DNA of 64,000 nt from Octopus vulgaris (lineage: Eukaryota): assembly GCA_951406725.2 (NCBI GenBank), contig OX597818.1:17546001-17610000 (forward strand), read 5' to 3'. Positions within the stretch are counted from its first letter, which is position 1; each line of letters starts with the position of its first letter. The notes below the pieces were generated by a model. That model saw nothing but the letters and a program-made list of their open reading frames with translations, made no database searches and was not told where the DNA came from. The position numbers and the translations under genes are program-made. Shown here one piece after another: positions 9,738-22,017 of this stretch.

Positions 9738-10948
9738 TATATATCAGTGAATAGTGTAAACATTAGCAAGGTAGCCAACAAAATTCAGCTCTTTCAAATA
9801 AAATTGCTCAGTATATAGTCGTAGTTGAACTGACAATCACCTGTCACTCTCTGTATTAAAAATCTAATGAGCCAATGCTTACTCCTTTGAAAACCTGTAA
9901 ACAACACAATTGCTCTCTAATTGCAATATCATTGTATTGCTGTGTTGACCAAACAGTTGAATGTTGTTATACATCACTGGTCACAATGCACTTCCTTGCA
10001 GTGTTGTAGCTTTTGAATGATGCTACCCCATTGGTTAGAGAGGTGGAGGTGCATGGCTTAGTGGTTAGTGTGTTCGACTCATGATCTTAAGATTGTGGTT
10101 TCGATTCCTAGACTGGGCAACACATTGTGTTCTTGAGCAAAACACTACATTTCACGTTGCTCTAGTCCACTCAGATGGCAAAAATGGGGAATTTATAAGC
10201 CATAGAAACCTGGAAATTGTCCTGTATGAGTTGGCACTGTGGAAGCATGTGGTTTAGAGGTTAAGATATTGGAATGATGATTGTAAGATTGTGGTTTCAA
10301 TTCCGGAACTGGGTGATGCATTGTGTTCTTGAGCAAAATACTTCATTTCATGTTGCTCCAGTCCACTCAGCTGGCAAAAATGAGTAATCCTGCGATGGAC
10401 TGGCATCCCATCCAGGTGGAGAATTTATATACCATGGAAACCGAAACACCAGGCTTTATTAATTGGTATTGTGGAGGTGAGTGACTTAGTAGTTAGGGTG
10501 TTGGAATTATGATCGTAAGATTGTGGTTTTGGTTCCTGGACCAGGCAATGCACTATGTTCTTGAGCAAAATACTTCATTTCACATTGCTCACCTGTCAAA
10601 AGTGAGTAATTCTCTGACTGACCAGCATCCCGTTCAGGTGGAGAATTTATACACGATGGACTCTAATGGATCAGCACGATCTTTTTACTTTACTAGCTAG
10701 AGAAGTAGGTAAGACAATATTCCTGCTGAAAAGAATGCCAGTCTATTTACACCTGAGTGGGTTGGAGTAATGTAAAATGAAGTGTTTTGCTCTGTAACAT
10801 AAGACACCACTTTTCTGAAAACTGAAACCACAACTTTGCGATTGTGAGTGTAACACCCTAACCGCTAGGCTACATACCTTCACAAATGCAATATAAAATA
10901 CAATAAATAAGTTGGTAGAAATGGAGAGTAAAATAAAAATTATCTCAC

Positions 10949-11131
10949 TGTGTGCTCGGACATTTCAGGGACACATTGTACACCCCTGTGAACAGGATCC
11001 CGTTCAATGAAATCAAGTATTTTTCCTGGATCAGGTGCTATGTCCACATGAAGTTCTGCAGCACGATCTGTGAAATTACATTGTCGTCCAAATTCGGCTC
11101 GTTTCTTAACATACACATAAACAATATCCAT
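10949..11131 (-). CDS. DNAI2: Dynein axonemal intermediate chain 2, first coding exon (183 nt; exon probably begins at 11149 with 18 nt of 5'UTR)
   Basis: Translates [61 protein letters not shown], closely matching the recalled DNAI2 N-terminus ([27 protein letters not shown]...). Minus-strand acceptor catttctttag at 11160-11150; phase-0 donor gtgagat after 10949. Confidence 0.95.
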
Positions 11132-11515
11132 TGTTGGTGTGGATTAATTCTAAAGAAATGATAAACCATAATAATTGGCATTATACTGAAATTAAAATGC
11201 TGAACATAGGACAATTATATCAAATAAAATAAAAGATTATCATAGCTATCTATATCTATTAGTATTGATGTTTATCTGTTATGTCTTCAGACATTGCAAT
11301 TTATTCTTTTATTTTTTTATTTGTTTCAGTCATTTGACTGCGACCATACTGGAGCACCACCTTTTTAGTTGAACAAATCAACCCCAGGACTTATTCTTTG
11401 TAAGCCTAGTACTTATTCTATTGGTCTCTTTTTACTGGGATGTAAACACACCAATATCGGTTGTCAAGCGATTGTGGTGGGACAAACACAGACACACACA
11501 TATATACACACACAC

Positions 11516-11594
<79 letters not shown>

Positions 11595-11988
11595 TACACA
11601 CACTACAGGCTTATTCCAGTTTCTGTCTACCAAATCCACTCACAAGTCTTTGGTCAGCCAAAGACTATAGTAGAAGATATTTTTCCAAGGTCCCATGCAG
11701 TAGGATTGAACCCGGAAACATGTGGTTGAGAAGCAAGCTGCTTACTACATGGCCACACCTGTGCCTAGACAAATGTTTTCTAAAATTTGCAAACATATCC
11801 AAAACCATTCAGGAATAATGTATGAATCATAAAAAATCCTGAGTTAATAAACTTCCTACAGTAAGATAGGGGCAATTCAAAAAAGGAGATGGTGAAAGAC
11901 TGATAGTTATAAAGGAGTAGTAAGCTCTTCTCTTTTCTATATGTCTCACACTAATTTTTTCTCACTCTCTTGCATATGAAATACCCCC

Positions 11989-12022
<34 letters not shown>

Positions 12023-12253
12023 CACATGTAAACATACAAACTTTTTAACTAATCTCTCTTCTGCAACACAACATATTGTATATTGGAACACTGTTTATTT
12101 AATCACTTATTCCACATTTAAAAGGCATATCTTTGAAGAGTTAATAACTGTTTTTAGATATCATGGAGGGTAAAATATAGTATAATCTTTAACTGCTTTG
12201 CATCAAAATTTGTTTTGTGCTCTATAATTCAAACTGCTAATTTTTATGTCAAG

Positions 12254-12291
<38 letters not shown>

Positions 12292-13082
12292 GCACGTAAA
12301 AAGTACCAACCGATCATGGCCGTTGCCAGCCTTGCCTGGCACCTGTGCCTGTGGCACGTAAAAAGCACCCACTACACTCACGGAGTGGTTGGCGTTAGGA
12401 AGGGCATCCAGCTGTAGAAACACTGCCAGATCAGACTGGAGCCTGGTGCAGCCTCCTGGCTTCCCAAATTGATTACCTAACTCAAATTAGGTAATCATAC
12501 ATTTATAAATTTGACTTAAAATGTGTATACATACATTAATACCTATTGACACATATGAATATTTTAAAAAAAATATTTCTAAAATATAAATACATATATA
12601 AATGCACATAACAATGCATGTAAATAAAACCCATGTGCGATACGTATGGAAGGATGTGTGAGGAAAAGAGAACTGAAGAAATTTTTTTTGTAGTGAAATT
12701 AAGAGGGGTTAAGTGTTTCAATTAAAAAATCAATAGAGTTTGGTGGGTTTTTTTTAAAAATATAAATTGTATATAAGGTATATAATACAGTTTGAGTTGG
12801 TTTCTTCCATACATATCCCACATGGGTTTTATTTAAATGTATTTTTATGTATATTTATATATGTTTATACATATATCTATATTTCATACATATTTTTTTT
12901 TAAATATTCATATGTGTCGATATGTATTAATATATGTATACACATTCTAAGTCAAATTTATAAATGTATGAGTATGATTGCCTGATTTGAGTTTATATCT
13001 TAATTTTTATCTTTCATCGCGAGTTCGACCTGAGCACTTCTTTTTAGCAGTTGTATATATTTCAAAAGAAAGAATGATATAC

Positions 13083-13141
<59 letters not shown>

Positions 13142-13146
13142 GTATG

Positions 13147-14970
13147 TGGTCGTTACATTGACAACATTATCAGTGCCACCTCACTCTCCCATGAACATCT
13201 AGATTCCTTCCTCTCTTTCGTTCAATCCTTCCATCCAATCCTTCAATCCTTCAATACTTCACCTCCACTATCTCCAACACCTCTGTCTCCTTCCTCGACA
13301 TTTTGGTCAGCATTCATCACTCCACTCTTACCACCTCCATTCACTACAAACACACACACTCACACTCATACCTAAACTTCTCTTCCTCCCACCCAAAACA
13401 CACCAAGCTTTCCATCCCCTATTCCCAATTCCTCCGTCTACGTAGGCTCTGTAGTGAAGACCATGACTTTGAGACTCAGTCTCAACGCATGGCTCGCCAC
13501 TTCATCCTACGTGGATATCCCCTCACTACTATCCACACCGCCCTTGCCAGAGCACATTCCATAGACCGTGCATCTGTTCTCTCCCCCCGAACCCGCCCTG
13601 TAGTCTCCCGCCTCCCTTTCCCCTCACTTACCACCCCACGACCCTACCTCTCCAACGCACCATTCTTCGAGCTTTCCGGCATCTCCAGTCTGACCCGTCC
13701 ACTTCACACCTCTTCCCTAACCGACCCCTCCCCTCCTTCAAACGAGCCCATAACCTACGAGACCTTTTGGTTCACAGCTTCTTCCCTGACCCTACCTCCC
13801 AACCTGGCTCGTTCCCCTGCTCCCGCCCACGTTGCTGCATTTGCCCTTACCTCTCCAACACCACCCTCCTCACTGGCACCCATCATCAACACTATCGCAT
13901 CATCAACTCCTTCACCTGCACCTCCAGCAATATCATCTATTGCATCTCTTGCTCTCTCTGCCATTCCCTGTACATCGGACAAACGGGATGCCACTTGGCT
14001 GACCAGTTCGCGGAACACCTCCGTGACATCCGCCTTGCCAACGACACACCGGTCTCACGCCATTTACACTCCACCGGTCACTCCTTGCAACACCTGTCTG
14101 TGTTCAATTTGTCGTTGCACAGAGGCCATCCGGATTCCCGTTTGCGCTGTGAACAGGGATTAATCTTCTCTCTTTGCTCTTTTACGCCATTTGGTCTCAA
14201 CTCTCCCCCCGACTTCTACTTCTCTTCAGTCCTTCATCTTTTCACCCCTACTCTCTTTCCCTCTTCTTCCCTCCTCTTCTTTCCTCTTTCTTCTTCCTTC
14301 TTCCCCTTCTCTCTATCTCTCTGCTCCCTCACTCCCATTCTCTCCCCCTCTCCCTCTCCCCTCCTTTCCCATCCCCTCCTCTTCTCCTCTCCTTCCTTCT
14401 CCCCCTCCCCCCTCCTCCCTCCTCTTCTCTTCTTTCATTCTCTCCCCCCTCATCTCATCTCACCCTTACCCCCTCCTTCTTTCCTTCTCCCCCCTCTTCT
14501 CCTCTTTCCTTCTCCCCCTCTCCCCCCTCATATCTCCTCCCTCCCCCTCCCCCCTCTCCCCCCATCTCCTCTCTCTACACTACACCATACGACATTACAC
14601 ATCACATCATACATACATACACATGTCCAGACTTTTCATATGCACTACATACTCTCTCATACACACACGCACCCTTATGTTGGGGCGAAGTCATTTGACC
14701 CTGTTATCTCCCCTACTTTCGCTCTCACGTCTGATCTCTGACTTCTGGCCAGAATCAGATCGCCATGTTGAATCGCTAGCTTCTGCACGCATTTTTTTTC
14801 TCTCCTTGTTTCTCTCCGTGTTTCTTTTCTGTGTATCTTTCTGTTGAAGAGCGTAGGCTCAAAACATAAAAGACTTGTTTTATTTATATTCCTGAGCGCC
14901 ATACTAATACAATTGTTTGTTTGTACTCCACCTGCCTCGTCTTTTGTTTATTTTCATAAAGCTTCCCGTT
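13147..14970 (+). mobile_element. 5'-truncated Penelope-like retroelement, Neptune-type (RT C-terminus, Cys-rich linker, GIY-YIG endonuclease, pLTR), frameshifted
   Basis: RYIDNI (YIDD-like), SFLD, HYKHTHSHSYLNFSSSHP, SIPYSQFLRLRRLCS, RGYP; CSRPRCCIC linker; CTSSNIIYCISCSLCHSLYIGQTG...EH...EQGLIFSL...PFGLN. Flanked by (TA)n. Decayed minimal hammerhead at 14836-14873. Confidence 0.92.
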
Positions 14971-15073
14971 ATATATATATATATATGTATATGGGGAATG
15001 ACTGTGCGTGCTGAGAGGCTTATGTATGTGTATATATGTATATCTATCTATCTTTCTCTCTCTCTCTCTATAA

Positions 15074-15109
<36 letters not shown>

Positions 15110-16051
15110 ATAAATATATGTATGTGAGTGTATATATATATATATATAGATATATATATATATAGACAAGACAATTGATGGTATGTCAAGTATCATTCAA
15201 CAAAAATTCTAGATTTATTAAAATTATCTCCACCTCTAGAGGATTTGTATCATAATACTGATCCACTGGCGATGGAGAGATAATCTCAAGATCCCAAACA
15301 TCCGAAATTGACATGGTATTAAAGAGGACATCCTTATTGTCCAAAGATACATGCATAATCATATATACATATGTATGACAACCACACACACCTATATGTA
15401 TTTATGTATGTATATGCATGAAAAACTGAAAAATCAGTAGAAGCACAACATACACTTAGTTTCTGTTGATACTTGACAATATAGCTTAGTTTGCTATAAG
15501 AATATATATACTTCTTAACCTGCTACAAAAAGCAATAGCGCAAAAGTGTATAACAGCTGTGACCAGCTAGTCAATAATATATACATGTTTGTATGCATGT
15601 ATGTATGTATACATACACACACACACATATATATATATGTATATATATATATAGATACATACATATATACATAAATACATACATTCATATATATATATAT
15701 ACTTATAATATATATATAGTGTCTTTGTGTGTGTACGTGTAAAATGATTTGATATAATGGTAATAACACTATTGAAAGATAATAATTTAATATTCAATGT
15801 TAAAATGATTTTAAAAAACCATTTTGACACAACTGTTGGCAATGATTTATAGTCATAAACCTTCAGTATGGAAGGGTATGAAAGACATAATCTAAATTGT
15901 AAAGACATTTCATTCCATGTAAAAGTTTTTATTTTCCAATTGGAGATTTCTTACTCGTTTCTCCTACATGTGAAATTTTGTAACTCCTACTAGCTAATGA
16001 AACATATGTAATGATGAATAAATAATGTCAAAAAGTTTTTCCATCTCCCAT

Positions 16052-16097
<46 letters not shown>

Positions 16098-16552
16098 TTT
16101 CTGCTCTAATGCTTCATAGTGTGCTTCTTTTTTTCAGATATATGAACTACTGACAAGATATCTCTCTTTCTTTTACTCTTTTACTTGTTTCAGTCATTTG
16201 ACTGTGGCCATGCTGGAGCACCGCCTTTAGTCAAGTAAATCGACCCCAGGACTTATTCTTCGTAAAGCCTAGTACTTATTCTATCGGTCTCTTTTGCCGA
16301 ACTGCTAAGTTATGGGGACGTAAACACACCAGCATTGGTTGTCAAGCGATGTTGGGGAAACAAACAGAGACACACAAACACACACACACACATATATATA
16401 TACATATATACGACGGGTTTCTTTCAGTTTCCATCTACCAAATCCACTCACAAGGCTTTGGTCGGCCCAAGGCTATAGTAGAAGACATTTGCCCAAGGTG
16501 CTACCCAGAACCATGTGGTTAGTAAGCAAGCTACTTACCACACAGCCACTCC

Positions 16553-16589
<37 letters not shown>

Positions 16590-16591
<2 letters not shown>

Positions 16592-16985
16592 AAGGCCTGA
16601 TCAATAAGTATCCAGACTGTTGCCATAGTAACAAAGCTAAAGCATGCAGAGTGAAGCTGCTTGGTACAGATTGACCTTGAAGTCTGTTGTGCAGGTGCAC
16701 TAAGTTTTAACATTCTAGCTCACTTCCGCTGTTTATAGCAGTGCTTGGAAGGAAGGTGTGCAGCATGTGATCATCGCATTGGCTATGATAGAGAAAGTTG
16801 TCATGGCGATACCTGCTCAGAGGCCTACACAAAGTTGCAGAAAGTGTATGAAGAGGAGTGTGTGAGCTGCACACAAGTGTATGAGTGGTTCAGACGTTTC
16901 CAATATGGCCACAAAAATGTTGATATCGACAAACAATCTGGGAAACCCATAACCAGCAGAACTAAGAAAAACATGACACACATGG
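16590..16985 (+). mobile_element. Mariner 5' fragment (TIR plus HTH-coding remnant)
   Basis: caaggcctgatcaataagtatcc start after (TA)n; SEAYTKLQKVYEEECVSCTQVYEWFRRFQYG...DKQSGKPITSRT. Confidence 0.7.
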
Positions 16986-17522
16986 ATCTGGGATTCAGTA
17001 TATGTTATATAACTTATAAAAGTTTATGGTTTTCAAAGATTGTAAAAGTACTTCATACCAGCCCCTATAACTATGTCTCTATGACTTTGAGCAAGTGTCT
17101 TCTACTATAGCCTCGGGCCAACCAAAGCCTTGTGAGTGGATTTGGCAGACGGAAACTGAAAGAAGCTCATCATATATATGCATGTGTGTGTCCATGCTCC
17201 CCAACACCATTGCTTGACAACCGATGTTGGTGTGTTTACATCCCTGTAACTTAGTGGTTTGGCAAAAAAAAACTGATAGAATAAGTACTAGGCTAACAAA
17301 GAACAAGTCCTGGGGTCAAATTGTTCAACTAAAAGTGGTGCTCCAGCATGGCCGCAGTCAAATGGCTGAAACAAATAAAAGAATAAAAGAATAATAGTTT
17401 GAAAGTAGTCCTAGTTTGAACCACAGAAACTATGGCATGCCTAAACAGCACATATACATGCACACAAACACATGCCTATACATATATCTATATATATATA
17501 TGTATGTGTGTGTGCATACATT

Positions 17523-17566
<44 letters not shown>

Positions 17567-17811
17567 GTCCACGGATGAGATCCAGAGATTCTCAGTATAG
17601 AAGATATTTAGTAGTGCTCAAAAGTTTCCAACTTAGATTTTGATGCCTTTAGTGGGTAAAATTTTGTAAAATTTTAGTAAAAAATGCCTGTAAGAGAGAT
17701 CAAGTTGGGCAGATATAGAGGCAATTATGCAGATAAACAAATTAGATACATTAATTATATTAAATATTTTAAATATAGTTTGGGTATGAAATACAAAACA
17801 TGTATATATGT

Positions 17812-18213
17812 AGGCGCAGGAGTGGCTGTGTGGTAAGTAGCTTGCTTATGAACTACATGGTTCCGGGTTCAGTCCCACTGCGTGGCACCTTGGGCAAGTT
17901 TCTTCTACTATAGTCTCGGGCCGACCAAAGCCTTGTGAGTGGATTTGGTAGACAGAAACTTAAAGAAGCCTGTCGTATATATGTATATATATATGTATGT
18001 GTGTGTATATGTTTGTGTATCTGTGTTTGTCCTCCCAACATCGCTTGACAACCAATGCTGGTGTGTTTACATATCTGTAACTTAGCAGTTTGGCAAAAGA
18101 TACCGGTAGAATAAGTACTAGGCTTACAAAGAATAAGTCGATTTGCTCGACTAAAGGCGGTACTCCAGCATGGCCACAGTCACATGACTGAAACAAGTAA
18201 AAGAGTAAAAGAG
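17812..18213 (+). mobile_element. tRNA-derived SINE family A (~400 bp, internal (TA)n/(TG)n); representative of more than 20 copies in both orientations
   Basis: A-box/B-box-like head ggagtggctgtgtggtaag...ggttcagtccc and tail (aaaagagt)n. Other copies at about 1137, 5703/6620, 11304, 16170, 17083, 19355, 27088, 29114, 30226, 31066, 32352, 40979, 46006, 46965, 47338, 50365 and 52946. Confidence 0.88.
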
Positions 18214-18495
18214 TATGTGTACATGCAAAATGAGAGAAAGCAAAAGGTGATGAATTTTTAAGTATAAATATATATATATATATATATATATAAATAGGTC
18301 CAACTTACACAAAGTACAAATGACAGATAAACGCATCTCGAACCAGCAGAGAAAATTAATGGGGTGGAAGAAAAGTTTTGCCATGTATACATATATATGT
18401 ATTTTGTGTTTTATACCCAAACTATTATATTTAATATATTCAAAATATTTAATTTACCTAATTTGTTTATCTCCATAATTGCCTCTCTCTCTCTC

Positions 18496-18530
<35 letters not shown>

Positions 18531-18534
<4 letters not shown>

Positions 18535-18658
18535 AGAATTCACAAATGAAACAAAAGACAAAGACAGGTGGTGTCAAGCCGACACTCTTCCACAGAAAGG
18601 AACACAGAAAGAAACAAGGAGAGAAAATAAAGAATATGTAGTGGCTAGCAATCTATCC
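18531..18658 (-). mobile_element. Deleted solo fragment of the same Neptune pLTR family
   Basis: Reverse complement resembles 14770-14970 (gctagc...ttctctccttgttt...ctgtg.tcctttctgt.gaagag...ccacctg.ct.gtcttttgttt). Microsatellite-flanked. Confidence 0.6.
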
Positions 18659-18675
18659 TCTCTCTCTCTCTCTCC

Positions 18676-18710
<35 letters not shown>

Positions 18711-19016
18711 CACACACACATACACACATATATATTATTATCATTATTATTTAAAATAGTTTGATTTAGTCCAATGTATATAACTCCAAAGGTGGCAAGC
18801 TGGCAAAATTGTTAGCATGCTGAGCAAAATGCTTAGTGGAATTTCGTCTGCTAAGGCCAACTTTGCTTCTCATCCCTTTTGGTGTCTATAAAATAAGTCT
18901 CATTCAAACACTCAGGTCGATGTATGTAATGGACTTACCTCTCCCCCAAAATTACTACCCTTGAGTCAATATTTGAAAGCAGTATATGTAACTCCTACTA
19001 AATGTGTTGAATGTGT

Positions 19017-19082
<66 letters not shown>

Positions 19083-20184
19083 TAGATAGATAGATAGATA
19101 CGTGCATGCATACATGTGCATATGCATGCATGTATGTGTGTGTCTATGCATACATACATACATACATACAACCTTCACTGCATCTTTCAAAACTTCCATG
19201 CTTCCTGAGATTCGCCAATACCACACCTGATTTTCTCCCCTCCAGATACACGCAAGCATGTATCTAACTCATGCGCTGTTCACTTTCCAGACATTTGTAC
19301 ATTACTGCATATGCTTTATACGCACTTTTGACAAGTTGTGGTGCACCTGAGTACTCTCTTTTACTCTTTTACTTGTTTCAGTCATTTGACTGTGGCCATG
19401 CTGGAGCACTGCCTTTAGTCGAGCAAATCGTCCCCAGGACTTATTCTTTGTAAGCCTAGTACTTATTCTATCGGTCTCTTTTGCCAAACCGCTAAGTTAC
19501 GGAGATGTAAACACACCACCATCAGTTGTCAAGTGATGTTGGTGGGGATAAACACAGACACACAAACATACACACACACACATACATACATATATCTATC
19601 TATCTATATATATATACATATATACGACGGGCTTCTTTCAGTTTCCGTCTACCAAATCCACTCACAAGGCTTTGGTCGGCCTGAGGCTATAGTAGAAGAC
19701 ACTTGCCCAGTGCCACGCAGTGGGACTGAACCCAGAACCATGTGATTCATAAGCAAGCTACTTACCACACAGCCACTGCTACGCCTATACTGTATACAAT
19801 AATGCAATAATTTCATTATTATACATACATACATACCTTTACAAACATTTATTACCCATGCGTTAACGTCAGCCTGCTAGAAATAGCAGCCAAATCTCAC
19901 TGAAAACACAACACCACTGACTTTAGAAACGAAGGTCACTTTAAATATTGTAGTCTAAGATACACAATGTCGGAATAAGATATAGAATGGGCACGTCGGA
20001 ACATCTTTGATTATAGGTCTGTTCCATTTGTTGTCTTGGACGTAGGGCCACTCAACAAAAAAACACCACCAGAGAACCCCTTCAAAATATCATCATTACC
20101 ACTAGCATCATCACAAACAATCTTTTCTATCATCGCTCCCTATAAGTTTGACCAGAAGAAACAAATGATATATGAACCACTAAC

Positions 20185-20356
20185 CACTGTTTGTAAATAT
20201 CAACTTTCTGAGAGCTGTGAGACCTCGCCATTGACGTTGCCAACAATAACTAGTACGTTGCTAAGGAAGTTGTGGATGCACATGCGTGCGTGCGTGTGTT
20301 ATTTATGCTAATGATTCATAACATGTTTGTGATGTACTTTTAATACATTCCCAGCC
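20185..20356. promoter_or_regulatory. Candidate bidirectional promoter for DNAI2/AP5Z1
   Basis: Non-repetitive, CpG-retaining segment just upstream of the AP5Z1 ATG and between the divergent genes. Contains X-box-like GTTGCCAACAATAAC (20236-20250) and GTTGCTAAGGAAG (20257-20269), forkhead-like GTAAATA (20193-20199), TGACG and an NRF1-like TGCACATGCGTGCG. Confidence 0.55.
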
Positions 20357-20397
20357 ATGGCACTGGCTATGGTTGATGCTGTTTTAGCTCAAATCAG
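20357..20397 (+). CDS. AP5Z1: AP-5 complex subunit zeta-1, coding exon 1 (41 nt)
   Basis: Kozak-like gccATGG; MALAMVDAVLAQI+AG then gtaata. Phase 2 joins in frame to 37571. Resembles recalled human MFSAGAESLLHQAR in length and character. Confidence 0.8.
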
Positions 20398-20957
20398 GTA
20401 ATATGTCCGTTTTATTCTATTTGTTTTTATAAATTCAACTTATATTTTACTTTTCTACTTTGCTGTTTTATTTGTCTCTAAATTTTTCTTTACCTATAAG
20501 ACGAAATGTTACACAATTATTTTGTTCGTTCATTCTTGTATATGTACACCCAACGGAATCGTTGCTACTTACTATCTGTTGGCACTGATCGCTTTACGTT
20601 CTGCATATTACATTATATTTTTGCATATACTTCTCACATAATCTTTCTATTCATCTAAAATATCCCCTTTTAAATAGCTTTCGCTTTCATTTTATCATTC
20701 TACTTTCTACATCATTGCCCCTGTTTCTCGCTTTCTGTCCTACCACTCTCTCTTTCTCTCTCTCTCTGTACATATACACCAAAGGTTTTAGCTTTATGGC
20801 GTATCGTCAGACCCCCAAAAACCTGTTGGTCCACGAGATCTTAAAAATATGGAGGGGGCAAGGGAAACCTAAGGTAATCCCATAAACCGGCCTTCCCTAT
20901 TTTTAATATTTACTGCCCTTAGAGGGTGCTTCTACTTTCGGATTTATGTTTTCTACC

Positions 20958-20992
<35 letters not shown>

Positions 20993-21133
20993 TAAAATAG
21001 TTTGATTTAGCCCGATACATGTAAAATCCTAAGGTGGTGAGCTGGCAAAACCGTTAGCACGCCGAGCAAAATGCATAGCGGCATTTCGTTCGGAGTTCAA
21101 ATTCCACTGACACAGCATCGGCCAAGGTGTATG

Positions 21134-21180
<47 letters not shown>

Positions 21181-21742
21181 TGCACCAGCTAAGGTGTTGA
21201 ACCCATTACTACATTTACATTCTCTAAATATCATCTGTTGGGATAGATAGATATATACGTAAACATTCAATCTGTAAACATACTGTGTACAAAACCTAAA
21301 TACGACACTACTTTTCACACATCTTGAACAGTTTTCTGTCTCTTATGCATGCTAAGCAAGCTTTCCCTCCCCAATTCCTCTGTCTTCTCCGTAACTATTG
21401 CGATGTATAAATGAAATAACCTCTTTTGTCTGGATCCAAACATCGTGTCGCAGTCTTAGTTTGAAGGGATTGGCACCAAATCATGTGATAATGTTACTTC
21501 AGATAGATTCTGGCGCTTGTATTCTTTGTGTGTGTGAGAATTATCTCTCATTTACGTAATGCAATGAATCTGGGACTATGCCGTGGTCTTTTAGTCTTTT
21601 AATATCTCAGTGGTTTTTCGGACCTTAGAAGTTTCTATGTTATCGTTCGACTTGCTAGAAATGGCAGCCAAATTACTAGATTTTGCCCTACCGTATTGCA
21701 AAATTAAAAAAAAAAGTAATCCTAGGTACCCTGAACCTAGAA

Positions 21743-21787
<45 letters not shown>

Positions 21788-21831
21788 GGCAGAATATCCA
21801 CTGTTGAAATGCCGTCCATCGTAAGAATTCC

Positions 21832-22017
21832 CGGCGAACGTCAGCGATAAGTGGTCCACATAAGTTGGAATTTCTCTGTTTTGACTGAGATTTTTCATAT
21901 TTTTTTGTCTCACGGTACTCTTGGAAATGATCTGGAACACCTTTTTAACAAAAAAAAAATTTCGAAAATTTTTTTAAAACACCCCTCCCCTGGTCCACCT
22001 ATCGCTGACGTCCGCCG
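21832..22017. mobile_element. GC-rich-ended MITE with 27-bp TIRs; inverted degenerate copy at ~22240-22428
   Basis: CGGCGAACGTCAGCGATAAGTGGTCCA vs TGGTCCACCTATCGCTGACGTCCGCCG. Internal sequence reappears reverse-complemented at 22300-22410. Confidence 0.7.

Noticed and set aside
14174-14847. Pro/Ser/Leu-rich ORFs
   Set aside because: Read-through of the polypyrimidine tract in the Penelope 3' region.
15255-15322. CTGGCGATGG...CATCCGAAATTGACA hammerhead-like motif between TA tracts
   Set aside because: Multiple core and stem defects; cannot be supported without a family consensus.
20773-20820. Minus-strand CTGACGA plus a 7-bp stem
   Set aside because: No GAAA or cleavage-site half; at most a truncated relic.
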